Both the position numbers and the translations under genes were made by a program. DNA of 33,612 nucleotides, the filler included, from an uncultured virus (IMG/VR IMGVR_UViG_2061766007_003009) (lineage: Duplodnaviria > Heunggongvirae > Uroviricota > Caudoviricetes). It is 3 parts of one record of this genome, joined end to end, with 100 filler letters (N's around TTAATTAATTAA, not from the genome) between each part and the next. Parts side by side here need not be neighbours in the genome. Positions count along the whole stretch, not along the records: positions 4,057 to 31,498 come from IMGVR_UViG_2061766007_003009; 2 more parts are not named here. One strand, 5' to 3'. The notes beneath the pieces were generated by a model, which saw only the letters and a list, made by a program, of their open reading frames with translations, made no database searches and had not been told where the DNA came from. Positions 16,393-26,408 of the stretch are shown here, piece by piece (within the stretch, counting starts at the first letter, position 1; each line of letters starts with the position of its first letter).

Positions 16393-17590
16393 ATGAAACA
16401 GCAGTGCGGAAGGAAAATATGCTTGAAGCCGAGCAAGGCGCAGGTACGGACAATGTACCGTATGTGTGCCGTTTCCCGCCGTGCCTACAACTGGAAACTG
16501 GCTGAACAGAACAAGGCTTATGAGGAGGCCAAGGCCAACACTCCGGAAGGCGAGAAAGTCAGGTGTACCCTTGGAACGCCGAGGGACTGGCACAAGGAAT
16601 GGTGCATCTACAAGAAACTCCCCGATAACAAATGGATGACGGAAGTCTCCAAGTTCTGCGGTCAGGAAGCCCTAATCGACCTCGGCTCCGCATGGAAGCG
16701 ATTCTTCAAGGGTCTAGCCAAGCACCCACGCTTCCACCGCTACAACCAGGANNNNNNNNNNATACCTACGCTTGGCAGAATCAAGCTCCGTGAAAAGGAC
16801 TACATCAAGATACCGAAGGACTCCGAGAAGATACCACTTGCTATGGCAACAGTATCTGTCGATGCTGCTGGCAAGTGGTATGTCTCATTTGCCTATGTAG
16901 CCGACATCGTTCCAGTCCACGAATCCATATCCTCGTTCGAGGAGCAGGACATCGTGGGTGTCGATTTCGGTGTCAAGGACCTCGCAATCACGAGTGACGG
17001 TATCGTTTACGCCAACCCGAAAGCCTACCGACATGCAAAGGCTAGGCTCCGCCGCGCTCAACGGGCACTCTCCCGCCAGAAGAAACACTCCAAGAACCGG
17101 GAGCGGTGCAAGAGGCTACTTGGCAGAATACATAGAAGAATTACTAATATCCGTGTCAATGCGGCTCACCAGTTCACTGCTGACCTCACGAAACACACGA
17201 AGCCCAAGGCTATCGTCATCGAGGACTTGAAGCCGAAGAACATGTCCAAGAACCACAAGCTGGCTTCCGCTATATTGGATGCCAATTTCGGAAGGATGCG
17301 ACAGTTCCTAGAATACAAGTGTGCATGGCTAGGCATACTGCTGTTTTTCGCTCCGCAGTTCTACGCTTCTAGCCGTTACTGCTCGCACTGTGGGCAATAC
17401 TACAACAAGGATTTGACCCTGGATGATAGGGAATGGGTATGCCCGGTATGCGGACATAAACATGACAGAGATTACAATGCAGCCAGGAACCTACAGTTCT
17501 ATGGCTTGTGGCTACTAAATCTAGTAGTCCCAACTGAAACCAATGCGGTGAGATACACCGTAAGTGGAGAAACTTCCACGAATGCTTGCC
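16393..17590 (+). CDS. tnpB: RNA-guided endonuclease TnpB (3' end runs into gap)
   Basis: N-terminal OrfB-type HTH; RuvC-I VGVDFG, RuvC-II VIEDL, Zn ribbon CSHC/CPVC, RuvC-III DRDYNAARN. Confidence 0.92.
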
Positions 17591-17725
17591 NNNNNNNNNN
17601 NNNNNNNNNNNNNNNNNNNNNNNNNNNNNNNNNNNNNNNNNNNNNNNNNNNNNNNNNNNNNNNNNNNNNNNNNNNNNNNNNNNNNNNNNNNNNNNNNNNN
17701 NNNNNNNNNNNNNNNNNNNNNNNNN

Positions 17726-18112
17726 CGCCGGTTGTTCGTTACCAAGCTGAAGATGCTTGCAAACCTGCATAAGTTCAACCTGATAGAGGTGAACCCGGCA
17801 TATTCCTCCATAGTAGGCAACTTCGCCTACGGCAACGAGAGTACACCTGATATGGTTGCCGCAAGCATCGAGATTGCACGGCGTGCATACAAGAAGTTTG
17901 AAAAGAGATGGTTCTATCCACGATTCAATATTCAGTTCCGAGATGAGCAATGGAAGCAAACACTCGGTCCGGTGGATGACTGGAAAGCGCTATTCTCGAA
18001 AATCAAAGAAACGGGACTGAAATACCGTTTCCTGCTACGGGATTATGTCCAGAATGCAGTCTTCAGCAAGAACTATATCCAAAAGTGCTATTCTATCTAC
18101 ACTTTTGCATAG
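17726..18112 (+). CDS. C-terminal fragment of a second, Zn-ribbon-less TnpB-related protein
   Basis: IEVNPAYSSIVGN...PDMVAASIEIARR, typical of IS200/IS605 TnpB-related proteins. Confidence 0.7.
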   Translation, partial: RRLFVTKLKMLANLHKFNLIEVNPAYSSIVGNFAYGNESTPDMVAASIEIARRAYKKFEKRWFYPRFNIQFRDEQWKQTLGPVDDWKALFSKIKETGLKYRFLLRDYVQNAVFSKNYIQKCYSIYTFA

Positions 18113-18180
18113 TTGTATATAGTTCTTGTATTTTACGGAAATATAGAACGCTGTGTATATATTCTTTGCCATCTGCCTAC

Positions 18181-18218
18181 CAAATATAGCAAAATATTGT
18201 AGAAAATTGCTATATTTG
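18181..18218. promoter_or_regulatory. back-to-back promoter pair
   Basis: CAAATATAGCAA at 18181-18192 and TTGCTATATTTG at 18207-18218. Confidence 0.8.
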
Positions 18219-18235
18219 CGGAAAAGAGGTAAATC

Positions 18236-18955
18236 ATGGAAGAATGCAAGTCCACGATGGACATAAATATCGAGAAGTTCCTCGAGCAGGCCAAGCTCGG
18301 CTACGAGGTCATTGACGAGAANNNNNNNNNNNNNNNNNNNNNNNNNNNNNNNNNNNNNNNNNNNNNNNNNNNNNNNNNNNNNNNNNNNNNNNNNNNNNNN
18401 NNNNNNNNNNNNNNNNNNNNNNNNNNNNNNNNNNNNNNNNNNNNNNNNNNNNNNNNNNNNNNNNNCGGATGACCCGCTCCTTGTACGTATCATGGAGATG
18501 ATTAGGTACGAGATTATTGAGCCAGAAAAACTCATGCCTCTTGTCAAGGGATTCCTTACCACGCTGGGTAAGCTTGGCGAGGACTGGGAGTTCAGTACGG
18601 AGGACGTGGCNNNNNNNNNNNNNNNNNNNNNNNNNNNNNNNNNNNNNNNNNNNNNNNNNNNNNNNNNNNNNNNNNNNNNNNNNNNNNNNNNNNNNNNNNN
18701 NNNNNNNNNNNNNNNNNNNNNNNNNNNNNNNNNNNNNNNNNNNNNNNNNNNNNNNNNNNNNNNNNNNNNNNNNNNNNNNNNNNNNNNNNNCAATCCCGAC
18801 TTCACCGATATGCTGCCAAAGGTTGACTTGAGCATTTCCAATATCGCACGGTTCTCCATCGAGTCACGGGGCGAGAATAATACCGGTATGCTACCGGGAG
18901 AACCAGTGGAGGGACTGGGGATACTGGACGACTCCCTGCTCGACATGCTCGCCGA
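18236..18955 (+). CDS. hypothetical protein(s), heavily gapped
   Basis: Three open coding-like islands between N runs; AGAGGT RBS before ATG 18236. Confidence 0.45.
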
Positions 18956-19797
18956 NNNNNNNNNNNNNNNNNNNNNNNNNNNNNNNNNNNNNNNNNNNNN
19001 NNNNNNNNNNNNNNNNNNNNNNNNNNNNNNNNNNNNNNNNNNNNNNNNNNNNNNNNNNNNNNNNNNNNNNNNNNNNNNNNNNNNNNNNNNNNNNNNNNNN
19101 NNNNNNNNNNNNNNNNNNNNNNNNNNNNNNNNNNNNNNNNNNNNNNNNNNNNNNNNNNNNNNNNNNNNNNNNNNNNNNNNNNNNNNNNNNNNNNNNNNNN
19201 NNNNNNNNNNNNNNNNNNNNNNNNNNNNNNNNNNNNNNNNNNNNNNNNNNNNNNNNNNNNNNNNNNNNNNNNNNNNNNNNNNNNNNNNNNNNNNNNNNNN
19301 NNNNNNNNNNNNNNNNNNNNNNNNNNNNNNNNNNNNNNNNNNNNNNNNNNNNNNNNNNNNNNNNNNNNNNNNNNNNNNNNNNNNNNNNNNNNNNNNNNNN
19401 NNNNNNNNNNNNNNNNNNNNNNNNNNNNNNNNNNNNNNNNNNNNNNNNNNNNNNNNNNNNNNNNNNNNNNNNNNNNNNNNNNNNNNNNNNNNNNNNNNNN
19501 NNNNNNNNNNNNNNNNNNNNNNNNNNNNNNNNNNNNNNNNNNNNNNNNNNNNNNNNNNNNNNNNNNNNNNNNNNNNNNNNNNNNNNNNNNNNNNNNNNNN
19601 NNNNNNNNNNNNNNNNNNNNNNNNNNNNNNNNNNNNNNNNNNNNNNNNNNNNNNNNNNNNNNNNNNNNNNNNNNNNNNNNNNNNNNNNNNNNNNNNNNNN
19701 NNNNNNNNNNNNNNNNNNNNNNNNNNNNNNNNNNNNNNNNNNNNNNNNNNNNNNNNNNNNNNNNNTTTGTGTACAGTGTCAACGCGGAGAAGAACAA

Positions 19798-20235
19798 ATG
19801 ATTTCCGACTTTTTCTACCTGAACAAGCCGAAGGCTACCGAGGACGAGCGCATCGCCTACTACCAGAAGCAGCTCGGCAAGGTCCAGGATATGCTATCGC
19901 AGAAGTTCTTCAAGCCGGAACCGGCATACAAGGAAGCCTACCTTAATAACACAAAGGTGTCCTACATAGCGACTTCCGGCCAGGACTGGATTATCTACGT
20001 GACCACCGACCAGGTATACATCAACAGAAACTGGTGGGACCGGGAGATTGACAGGTTCCAGCAGGAGAACCGCTGCAAGATTCCTGAAATCGACTATGTC
20101 TGTATCCTGATGCGCATGTTCCACGAGTGCGGCATAATGGTACGCCCGTGCGACGGCACGCTGTGCATCACGCTGTACAAGCACTGGCAGGACGATGACG
20201 AGTTCGAATACGATGAAGAGGCCGAAGATGAGTAA
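19798..20235 (+). CDS. hypothetical protein with acidic tail
   Basis: 145-aa ORF overlapping the next start. Confidence 0.75.
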   Translation: MISDFFYLNKPKATEDERIAYYQKQLGKVQDMLSQKFFKPEPAYKEAYLNNTKVSYIATSGQDWIIYVTTDQVYINRNWWDREIDRFQQENRCKIPEIDYVCILMRMFHECGIMVRPCDGTLCITLYKHWQDDDEFEYDEEAEDE

Positions 20236-20875
20236 CCAGCCGAAATACCCGATATCCGACCAGGATATGCACGAACTTCTCACTAAGTACCCGTTCCTCC
20301 GGTATCTCCCGGAGGACCCCGGTAGTCCCGAAAATGATGCCGAACAGCTTGCAGTCAACTACTACAAGACGTGGGACGGGACCGGCTGGGAGGACCTGTG
20401 GAAGCACCGGTACCTTCCCCGGCTGTTTGCCATGTACGACACCTGGGATGAGGAGAAGCGGTCCGCCTTCCAGTTCACCGACGTGAAGTCCAAGTACGGT
20501 GGCATGCGCATCTACACATCGGTACCTACCGGGGAGGACTCCCTGGAGGGAATCGCGGAGAGTCTGTCCGAGTGGACATGCGAGCGCTGCGGGGAGGAAC
20601 CGAGAAACCGCGGGGGGTACCGGGAAATATGGACCACGAATGGCTGGATTATGAACCTGTGCAAGCACTGCATGCTCCGGGAGCTGATGGTGCATGGCGA
20701 TGACGGCAACACTATGACCAGGCAGGAAGCCGAGGGGAAGCTGGATAGCCTGCACCATGTGTGCGAAAAGGGCTTCGGGTATACTCGCTTCAGCCAGAAG
20801 GGGACCGTCACTGTCAGGTTCCGGGAGACACCGGACGGATGGCTCGCTCGTGACCGAGTGGAGGTCACCAAGTGA
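20228..20875 (+). CDS. conserved phage hypothetical protein (GW..L / K.KYG..R.Y / TCExCG family)
   Basis: GTGWEDLW, DVKSKYGGMRIY, SEWTCERCG and LCKHC Zn-binding-like motifs. Confidence 0.75.
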   Translation: MSNQPKYPISDQDMHELLTKYPFLRYLPEDPGSPENDAEQLAVNYYKTWDGTGWEDLWKHRYLPRLFAMYDTWDEEKRSAFQFTDVKSKYGGMRIYTSVPTGEDSLEGIAESLSEWTCERCGEEPRNRGGYREIWTTNGWIMNLCKHCMLRELMVHGDDGNTMTRQEAEGKLDSLHHVCEKGFGYTRFSQKGTVTVRFRETPDGWLARDRVEVTK

Positions 20876-21249
20876 GGTGGCTGTCCATATACGACGGAAT
20901 CTACATGGCGATAGCCATATGGTTCGCGCGAAAGCTTGTTGACAAGCTAGGGCTGGACACCGGCAGGCTGTGTGTTGTAATGGACTTTCCCGACACGCCA
21001 TACATCATTGTCGGAATGGCAAACCGTGGCAACACCCCGGGACAGAAGGAAGACCACATAAAACTCATTACCGAAGACGAGCTTGTCGAAACGGAACGGG
21101 ACACCATAACGCTAATGGAAGCCGCCTACAGGTATCCCGAAAAATGGAAAAGCGCATCGCAGGTCAGCACGTTCCAGGGGAACCGTAAGGCAGTCGGCGC
21201 GGCAATCACCAGGATACGCAGAAGAAAAGGAAAGAAGGTGCTCAAATGA
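20872..21249 (+). CDS. shared-leader family protein (divergent)
   Basis: GIYMAIAIWFARKLVDKLG; GTGA overlap. Confidence 0.75.
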   Translation: MRWLSIYDGIYMAIAIWFARKLVDKLGLDTGRLCVVMDFPDTPYIIVGMANRGNTPGQKEDHIKLITEDELVETERDTITLMEAAYRYPEKWKSASQVSTFQGNRKAVGAAITRIRRRKGKKVLK

Positions 21250-21653
21250 ACAGTACACAACCATTCAACGAGATAGAGCTAGTGTTCGAGAACTGCGAGA
21301 GCATCCTCGTGGACGCGTCCGCGATAGTGTCACTCAGGTTCAGTGAGAAGGGGCGCAGTTACACGTGGGAGAGACGGTCATACACGCTGGACTACCGGAT
21401 GGACCTGTCATTCTTCGAACTGACGCTGGACCTGTCCGACCCGAGGAAGTTCCGGAGGTACGCGGGACAGCCCGACGAGCAATGGGGGTCACCGGTAGAG
21501 CGCTTGAAGAAGTGCAGCGACCTGTGTCACGTGTACATCAACGGCGAGTGCTTTGCGGTACCGTGGGGCGACGAGGGACATGCCTATATGAACTCCTGCC
21601 AGGCGACGACCCTGGAAGGGGACACGGCGACAATCAGGTGCAAGGAAAATTAG
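21246..21653 (+). CDS. hypothetical protein (ELVFENCE motif)
   Basis: 135-aa ORF; ATGA overlap; terminator follows. Confidence 0.75.
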   Translation: MNSTQPFNEIELVFENCESILVDASAIVSLRFSEKGRSYTWERRSYTLDYRMDLSFFELTLDLSDPRKFRRYAGQPDEQWGSPVERLKKCSDLCHVYINGECFAVPWGDEGHAYMNSCQATTLEGDTATIRCKEN

Positions 21654-21657
21654 CGAT

Positions 21658-21688
21658 AAACTCCGGGTGTTGAAACTCGGAGTTTTTT
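21658..21688 (+). terminator. rho-independent terminator
   Basis: AAACTCCGGGT-gttgaa-ACTCGGAGTTT-TTT. Confidence 0.7.
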
Positions 21689-22380
21689 ATGAACAGGTAC
21701 TTGGCAATCAGCGTAAACGGCGGCGGCGCCCTCGGAATCGGCCCCCTGGCATTCATGTGTAGGCTCGAGCAGGACACCGGGAAGAAACTGGGAGACCTGG
21801 CAGTCGCGTTCGCCGGTACCTCCACGGGTGCAATCATCGCAGCCGGTCTGGACGAGGGTTACTCCGCACATGACCTGTTCGACATGTACAGGGACAATCT
21901 CCCGAAGATTTTCACGAAGTACCCGTGGTACAAGCGGATGACCGCCGGTTGCCCTACGTATGACAACAGTTACCTGACTAAGTTGCTCAAGTCGAAGTTC
22001 ACTGGAACGATGGAGCAGTTCAAGAAGCCCATCTTCATTCCTACCACCCATACGAACGGCAAGAGCGTCGAGAAGGTGTGGGACCTTGGTGACAAGGGAG
22101 TGGATAAGTGGTTCGCGGTGCTCACCAGTACGGCCGCGCCTACCTACTTCGACTGCGTGCAGAAGGACGGGGAGAACTACGTTGATGGTGGAATGTGGTC
22201 GAACGACGCCATAGCCGTGCTCAATGCTGGTCTCAAGCGTTCCGCCTACGGAAAGAGCCTGCGCATCCTATCGTTCAATACCGGCATGGACACGCCTAAT
22301 ACCCTGAAGGGCAACCAGACGCTTATCGGGTGGGCCGAGTACATATTCAAGGAATGGGTGGCCAGGGCTGGAAAGAGCAA
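21689..22380 (+). CDS. patatin-like phospholipase (3' end in gap)
   Basis: NGGGALG oxyanion loop, GTSTG nucleophile, TAAPTYF, DGG catalytic Asp. Confidence 0.9.
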
Positions 22381-22463
22381 NNNNNNNNNNAATCCAACGA
22401 CTTCTGCGACATAATGATTTCTGCCAAAGACACATTCAAGATGCTTACAAAGGAACTCAAGTA

Positions 22464-22817
22464 ATGGCTCTACCACTTGGCGAATATCCCTGTCACCACC
22501 TGGACCACGGCCCGGACACCGTAGAGGTGCACCGGGAGGACTACGAAATTGCCCTTGACGCCAAGGAGAAACTCAAGGTAGCCACCGGTACCATCCGGAA
22601 GCTCCGTATCGCATATGCGAAGTCACAAAAGAGGTTCTGGCAGTTCATCATTGACGACGAGGAGCAGAATCCCGACTTTCCCTTCCCGGACGCGTACCTC
22701 ATTGACGGCACCGGGATATTCCGGAAGGACTTCAAGGAAACCACCCGCACCTACCGGTGTGCAACCGACTGGTACTGGGCATGGGACCTGGTATTACACC
22801 TGCTGGAGGCGCGATGA
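22464..22817 (+). CDS. hypothetical protein, near-identical to 23702-24055
   Basis: MALPLGEYPCHHLDHGPD... Confidence 0.75.
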   Translation: MALPLGEYPCHHLDHGPDTVEVHREDYEIALDAKEKLKVATGTIRKLRIAYAKSQKRFWQFIIDDEEQNPDFPFPDAYLIDGTGIFRKDFKETTRTYRCATDWYWAWDLVLHLLEAR

Positions 22818-23327
22818 AGGACCTGGACAACTACCTGGACGACTGGATGTATGTCATCGCAGAAATACTGGGCGCCAAGTGTCCCGACGGATACGAGTGC
22901 TTCTGGAAGAAGTACTTTGATAGGCACTGCATTGACCGGGATTAGCAATGCTCCTAGTAGAGATAACAGCCGGTGCATCGGAAGCGGACTACCGGNNNNN
23001 NNNNNAGTCAGTGCCGACCTCGGCTCGGAGAACGTGGCGTCTGCATCACCGTCGTGCAGCAAGAAGCTGGACATGGACGACACCTCGTCGAAGAACCTCG
23101 ACCGAGTAATCGGAATTTGGACTGACTACTACGAGGCCAACCGGGAATACTTCAAGAAGTTCGTCCTTGGCAACTAGAGATTTAAGCACAGGTCTCTAGT
23201 TGAGGTGGACCGGATTATAGGAATTATCACATCCCGGTCGCCCATGCGGCACTTGATTCGGTCGAAACCGAGCGGATTGCTGTCGTTGGACTCGGCCAGC
23301 ACCCGGGGCTTCCGGTATTTCATTTTC

Positions 23328-23705
23328 TCAGCGAACAAGCCGGGATTTCTGGATAATGCACTGTACTTGGATGCTTCGCACTCCCTGGTAGGCATTCGGC
23401 ATTTCGCCATAATGCGCCTTGCCATCTGAAGTACAATAGTACCGTATACTGCAACCCGTATACTTCTCCACAGTTCCATTTCGTTCTTCTCCAGCAATAG
23501 GATACCAGACATTCTGTTCCAGTTTAATCCGTTCGATGTTATCCTTGTACAACTGTAAGTTCCTATCGTATGCTTCGCGAAACTCATTGCTGTTGATATA
23601 GTCGTATATGGTAGTGGTAGGAGTCCTAGCCACATTGACCTTCCGGAGTATCTTCCGGAGGCCCCACAGGAATATACCGGCATATGCCGCGGTTCGTATC
23701 CTCAT
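23328..23705 (-). CDS. shared-leader family protein (divergent)
   Basis: MRIRTAAYAGIFLWGLRKILRKV; ATGA overlap. Confidence 0.7.
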   Translation of the reverse strand: MRIRTAAYAGIFLWGLRKILRKVNVARTPTTTIYDYINSNEFREAYDRNLQLYKDNIERIKLEQNVWYPIAGEERNGTVEKYTGCSIRYYCTSDGKAHYGEMPNAYQGVRSIQVQCIIQKSRLVR

Positions 23706-24055
23706 TTCGATTCCAACAGGTGGATTACCAGGTCCCATACCCAGTACCAGTCTGTTGCACACCGGTAGATGCGGGTGGTTTCCTTGAAGTCCTTCTGGAA
23801 TATCCCGTAGCCGTCGATAAGGTACGCGTCCGGGAAGGGAAAGCCGGGATTCTGCTCCTCGTTGTCAATGATGTACTGCCAGAACCTCTTTTGTGACTTC
23901 GCGTATGCAATCCGGAGCTTCCGGATGGTACCGGTAGCTACCTTGAGTTTCTCCTTGGCGTCAAGGGCAATTTCATAGTCCTCCCGGTGCACCTCTACGG
24001 TGTCCGGGCCGTGGTCCAGGTGGTGACAGGGGTAATCTCCGAGCGGTAGAGCCAT
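23702..24055 (-). CDS. hypothetical protein
   Basis: 117-aa ORF coupled to neighbours; copy at 22464. Confidence 0.8.
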   Translation of the reverse strand: MALPLGDYPCHHLDHGPDTVEVHREDYEIALDAKEKLKVATGTIRKLRIAYAKSQKRFWQYIIDNEEQNPGFPFPDAYLIDGYGIFQKDFKETTRIYRCATDWYWVWDLVIHLLESK

Positions 24056-24471
24056 TACTTCATTTCCTTAGTTAGCATCTTGAAGGTGTCTTTGGCAGAA
24101 ATCATTATGTCGCAGAAGTCGTTGGATGCTGCGTAGTCTAGGTTCTCGACCAGTTCGTTCGGGTCCTCGGTGGGCATGTCGGCATACTGTAGTACGGCGA
24201 ACTCGCGCTTTTCATGGAGAAGCGAGAAGAACCTGTCCATGTACTTGTAGGTTAGTGCGCTCTCTATCTGGAACGCATCGCGTGCCGTGCAGCGGCATGA
24301 GAGGTACATTGGCCAGTACTTGCTTCCGTCGGACAGGTAGAGGAAGTACGGGCGGGACTTGCCGTCGTGCCCGTTGAACATCTTCTTGGCCGGCACCAGC
24401 AGCTTCCGGGTTATCCGGCGGGCGGCATGGAGGAGGATGGCGGTGTATGCAGCAGCCTTCAGTGACGCCAT
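24055..24471 (-). CDS. shared-leader family protein
   Basis: MASLKAAAYTAILLHAARRITRKLLVPA. Confidence 0.8.
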   Translation of the reverse strand: MASLKAAAYTAILLHAARRITRKLLVPAKKMFNGHDGKSRPYFLYLSDGSKYWPMYLSCRCTARDAFQIESALTYKYMDRFFSLLHEKREFAVLQYADMPTEDPNELVENLDYAASNDFCDIMISAKDTFKMLTKEMK

Positions 24472-24472
24472 T

Positions 24473-24868
24473 CTAGAACCTCTCTATTGCCTTGTTTTCC
24501 GTCATGAACGGCATGTCGCCCGACATCATGCGGGAGACGAGCGAGTTGACCGTATCTATGGGTATCAGCGTGCTTGCGCGCATCTTGAAGTAGGCTCCTT
24601 CGGCCTGGTCGGTAACCACCTCGAGCGCGGGCCTTCCGTCTGCCATCCGTTCCTTGGTGTTGCGCACGGCGAGAACACTGGCGCTTCCGCCGCCCGCCTT
24701 GAGTATGAGCGCTGCGGCATACTGGATGCATGCGTACATCCGGACCGCGTTGCGCAGTTCCGGAAAGTCCGGGGAAGTCCGGTTCGTTGGAAGCGTGTGT
24801 CTCATCTCGTCCTCGGTTTCTTGCGTGAAATACAAGCCACTTTCCTGTTCCTGCATATCTTCTGCCAT
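24473..24868 (-). CDS. hypothetical protein (131 aa)
   Basis: ORF in minus-strand operon; CAGGA RBS-like motif. Confidence 0.7.
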   Translation of the reverse strand: MAEDMQEQESGLYFTQETEDEMRHTLPTNRTSPDFPELRNAVRMYACIQYAAALILKAGGGSASVLAVRNTKERMADGRPALEVVTDQAEGAYFKMRASTLIPIDTVNSLVSRMMSGDMPFMTENKAIERF

Positions 24869-24883
24869 TCCTGTTCGAGTTCA

Positions 24884-25246
24884 CTATAGGAGGGAAGGTT
24901 GTACTTCTGCTCCTGTTCCCTTATTGCCTTCTTTCGGTCCATTGTCAATCCTTGTAAGTCCGGCGATTAGCTTGTCGCGGTTCCGCGTCAGAATCTCCCG
25001 GACTTCCATCTTGTCTAGTTCCTTGCATTTTGCGGAGTACTTTCTGATACCCGCCTCGAATATGTGGCGGAGGATGTTGAAATATGCCGGCCTGTTGCGG
25101 TCAATGTCGGGCACCTTCTGCCTTGCCGACTGCTTGGCCATGCGGTACATCGCCTCAACCTTCGTGAGGGGGATGCCGTAGACTATGGCCTTGTCGACGA
25201 GCATCCTTGCCACGCGCGCGGGATATCTGTTTTCTATGGTACTCAT
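24884..25246 (-). CDS. hypothetical basic protein (MSTIENRYPARV...)
   Basis: ATG 4 nt after the minus-strand promoter motif. Confidence 0.7.
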   Translation of the reverse strand: MSTIENRYPARVARMLVDKAIVYGIPLTKVEAMYRMAKQSARQKVPDIDRNRPAYFNILRHIFEAGIRKYSAKCKELDKMEVREILTRNRDKLIAGLTRIDNGPKEGNKGTGAEVQPSLL

Positions 25247-25250
25247 GCCC

Positions 25251-25298
25251 CAAATATAGCAAAAAATCGGACGGAGAAACGGGAAATTGCTATATTTG
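25251..25298. promoter_or_regulatory. back-to-back promoter pair
   Basis: CAAATATAGCAA at 25251-25262 and TTGCTATATTTG at 25287-25298. Confidence 0.8.
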
Positions 25299-25336
25299 GT
25301 CGAGTAGATATCCCGCGCGAGACATAGTTTAAGAGT

Positions 25337-26374
25337 ATGCCAGAGAAACAGCTTTATCCCATCGAATATCTTGGGAAGACATACAATACGACAATACACA
25401 GGGACCTTACTGACGAGGAGTACGAGGGAATAGTCGCCGGCATCCGCGCGAGACCCTCCCGGGAGGAAGTCCTCGCCCAGCTGAAGAGCGTCGCCGCCGG
25501 AGGCACCCGCATGGACAAGGTGTACTCATACTACTTCAAGGAGTGCGCCTACAAGACATGCCTCGTGTACAACAACTGGTCAATCGACGAGGCGCTCCGG
25601 CACAAGCCTCTCATGGAGTTCTTCGCCGGGAAGAGCGCCGACAACAAGAAGGTGTATCCAGACACGATGCCGCTGTGGAAGAAGGTCGAGACGGCGTTCA
25701 GGCTATGCGGGTTCAAGACCTGCTCCAAGCCGAGCAACTTCCCCATGAAGGCAATCGACGGCCTGCTAGAAGAATACTGCCCTGCAGGCGGGAACTACCT
25801 CGACTACTCCTGCGGATGGGGCGTAAGGCTGCTTTCCGCCCTGAAGCACGGGGTGAACTACTTCGGCACCGACCCCAACTACGAGCTCGTACCGAAGCTC
25901 CGGGAGATGGCGGTGGACTACCGGGAGGCTACCGGTGGCGCACCGGTGGTGGACGTGAGATGCACCGGGAGCGAGCACCTGCAGGAGGACTGGGTCGGCC
26001 GGATGGACCTGGCGTTCACGAGCCCGCCGTACTTCAACCTGGAGGACTACCGTATCGGCGACCAGTCGTACAAGGAGGGCACTGAATACGATTCCTGGAA
26101 GGAGAACTACGTCGAGCCTACCGTGAGGAACGGCAGAGATTACCTGAAGCCCGGCGGCATATTCGCGTTCAACATAAAGAACAACTTCAAGTACGTGAAG
26201 CACGACCTGGAGGGCGACTGGGCCAGGATAGCCGAGGAGGCCGGGCTGGAATATATCGGGGAAGTGCCGCTGGAGAACATCACGAGGGTATCGGGGCACC
26301 GCCACGAGGACTCCGGGAATACCATGCTGAAGCACGACAACGACGAGGTAATCCGCCTGTACCGCAAAGCATAA
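25337..26374 (+). CDS. DNA amino-methyltransferase (N4-C/N6-A type)
   Basis: SAM-binding LDYSCGWGVRL precedes catalytic FTSPPYFNLEDY; LKPGG. Confidence 0.85.
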   Translation: MPEKQLYPIEYLGKTYNTTIHRDLTDEEYEGIVAGIRARPSREEVLAQLKSVAAGGTRMDKVYSYYFKECAYKTCLVYNNWSIDEALRHKPLMEFFAGKSADNKKVYPDTMPLWKKVETAFRLCGFKTCSKPSNFPMKAIDGLLEEYCPAGGNYLDYSCGWGVRLLSALKHGVNYFGTDPNYELVPKLREMAVDYREATGGAPVVDVRCTGSEHLQEDWVGRMDLAFTSPPYFNLEDYRIGDQSYKEGTEYDSWKENYVEPTVRNGRDYLKPGGIFAFNIKNNFKYVKHDLEGDWARIAEEAGLEYIGEVPLENITRVSGHRHEDSGNTMLKHDNDEVIRLYRKA

Positions 26375-26408
26375 ACTGCGGTCGGCAACGAAAAACAAGG
26401 GGTTTGAG

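Larger units (their letters stand above)
14482..17590 (+). mobile_element. IS607-like element with internal passenger endonuclease; ends not resolved
   Basis: tnpA - GIY-YIG - tnpB with 2-bp and 10-bp spacers; right end falls in an N gap. Confidence 0.75.

Noticed and set aside
16393..18112. TnpB genes as Cas12 CRISPR effectors, or as one fused 459-aa protein
   Set aside because: No CRISPR array or cas genes are visible and tnpA is adjacent. The two parts are separated by a gap and each has its own RuvC-III region.
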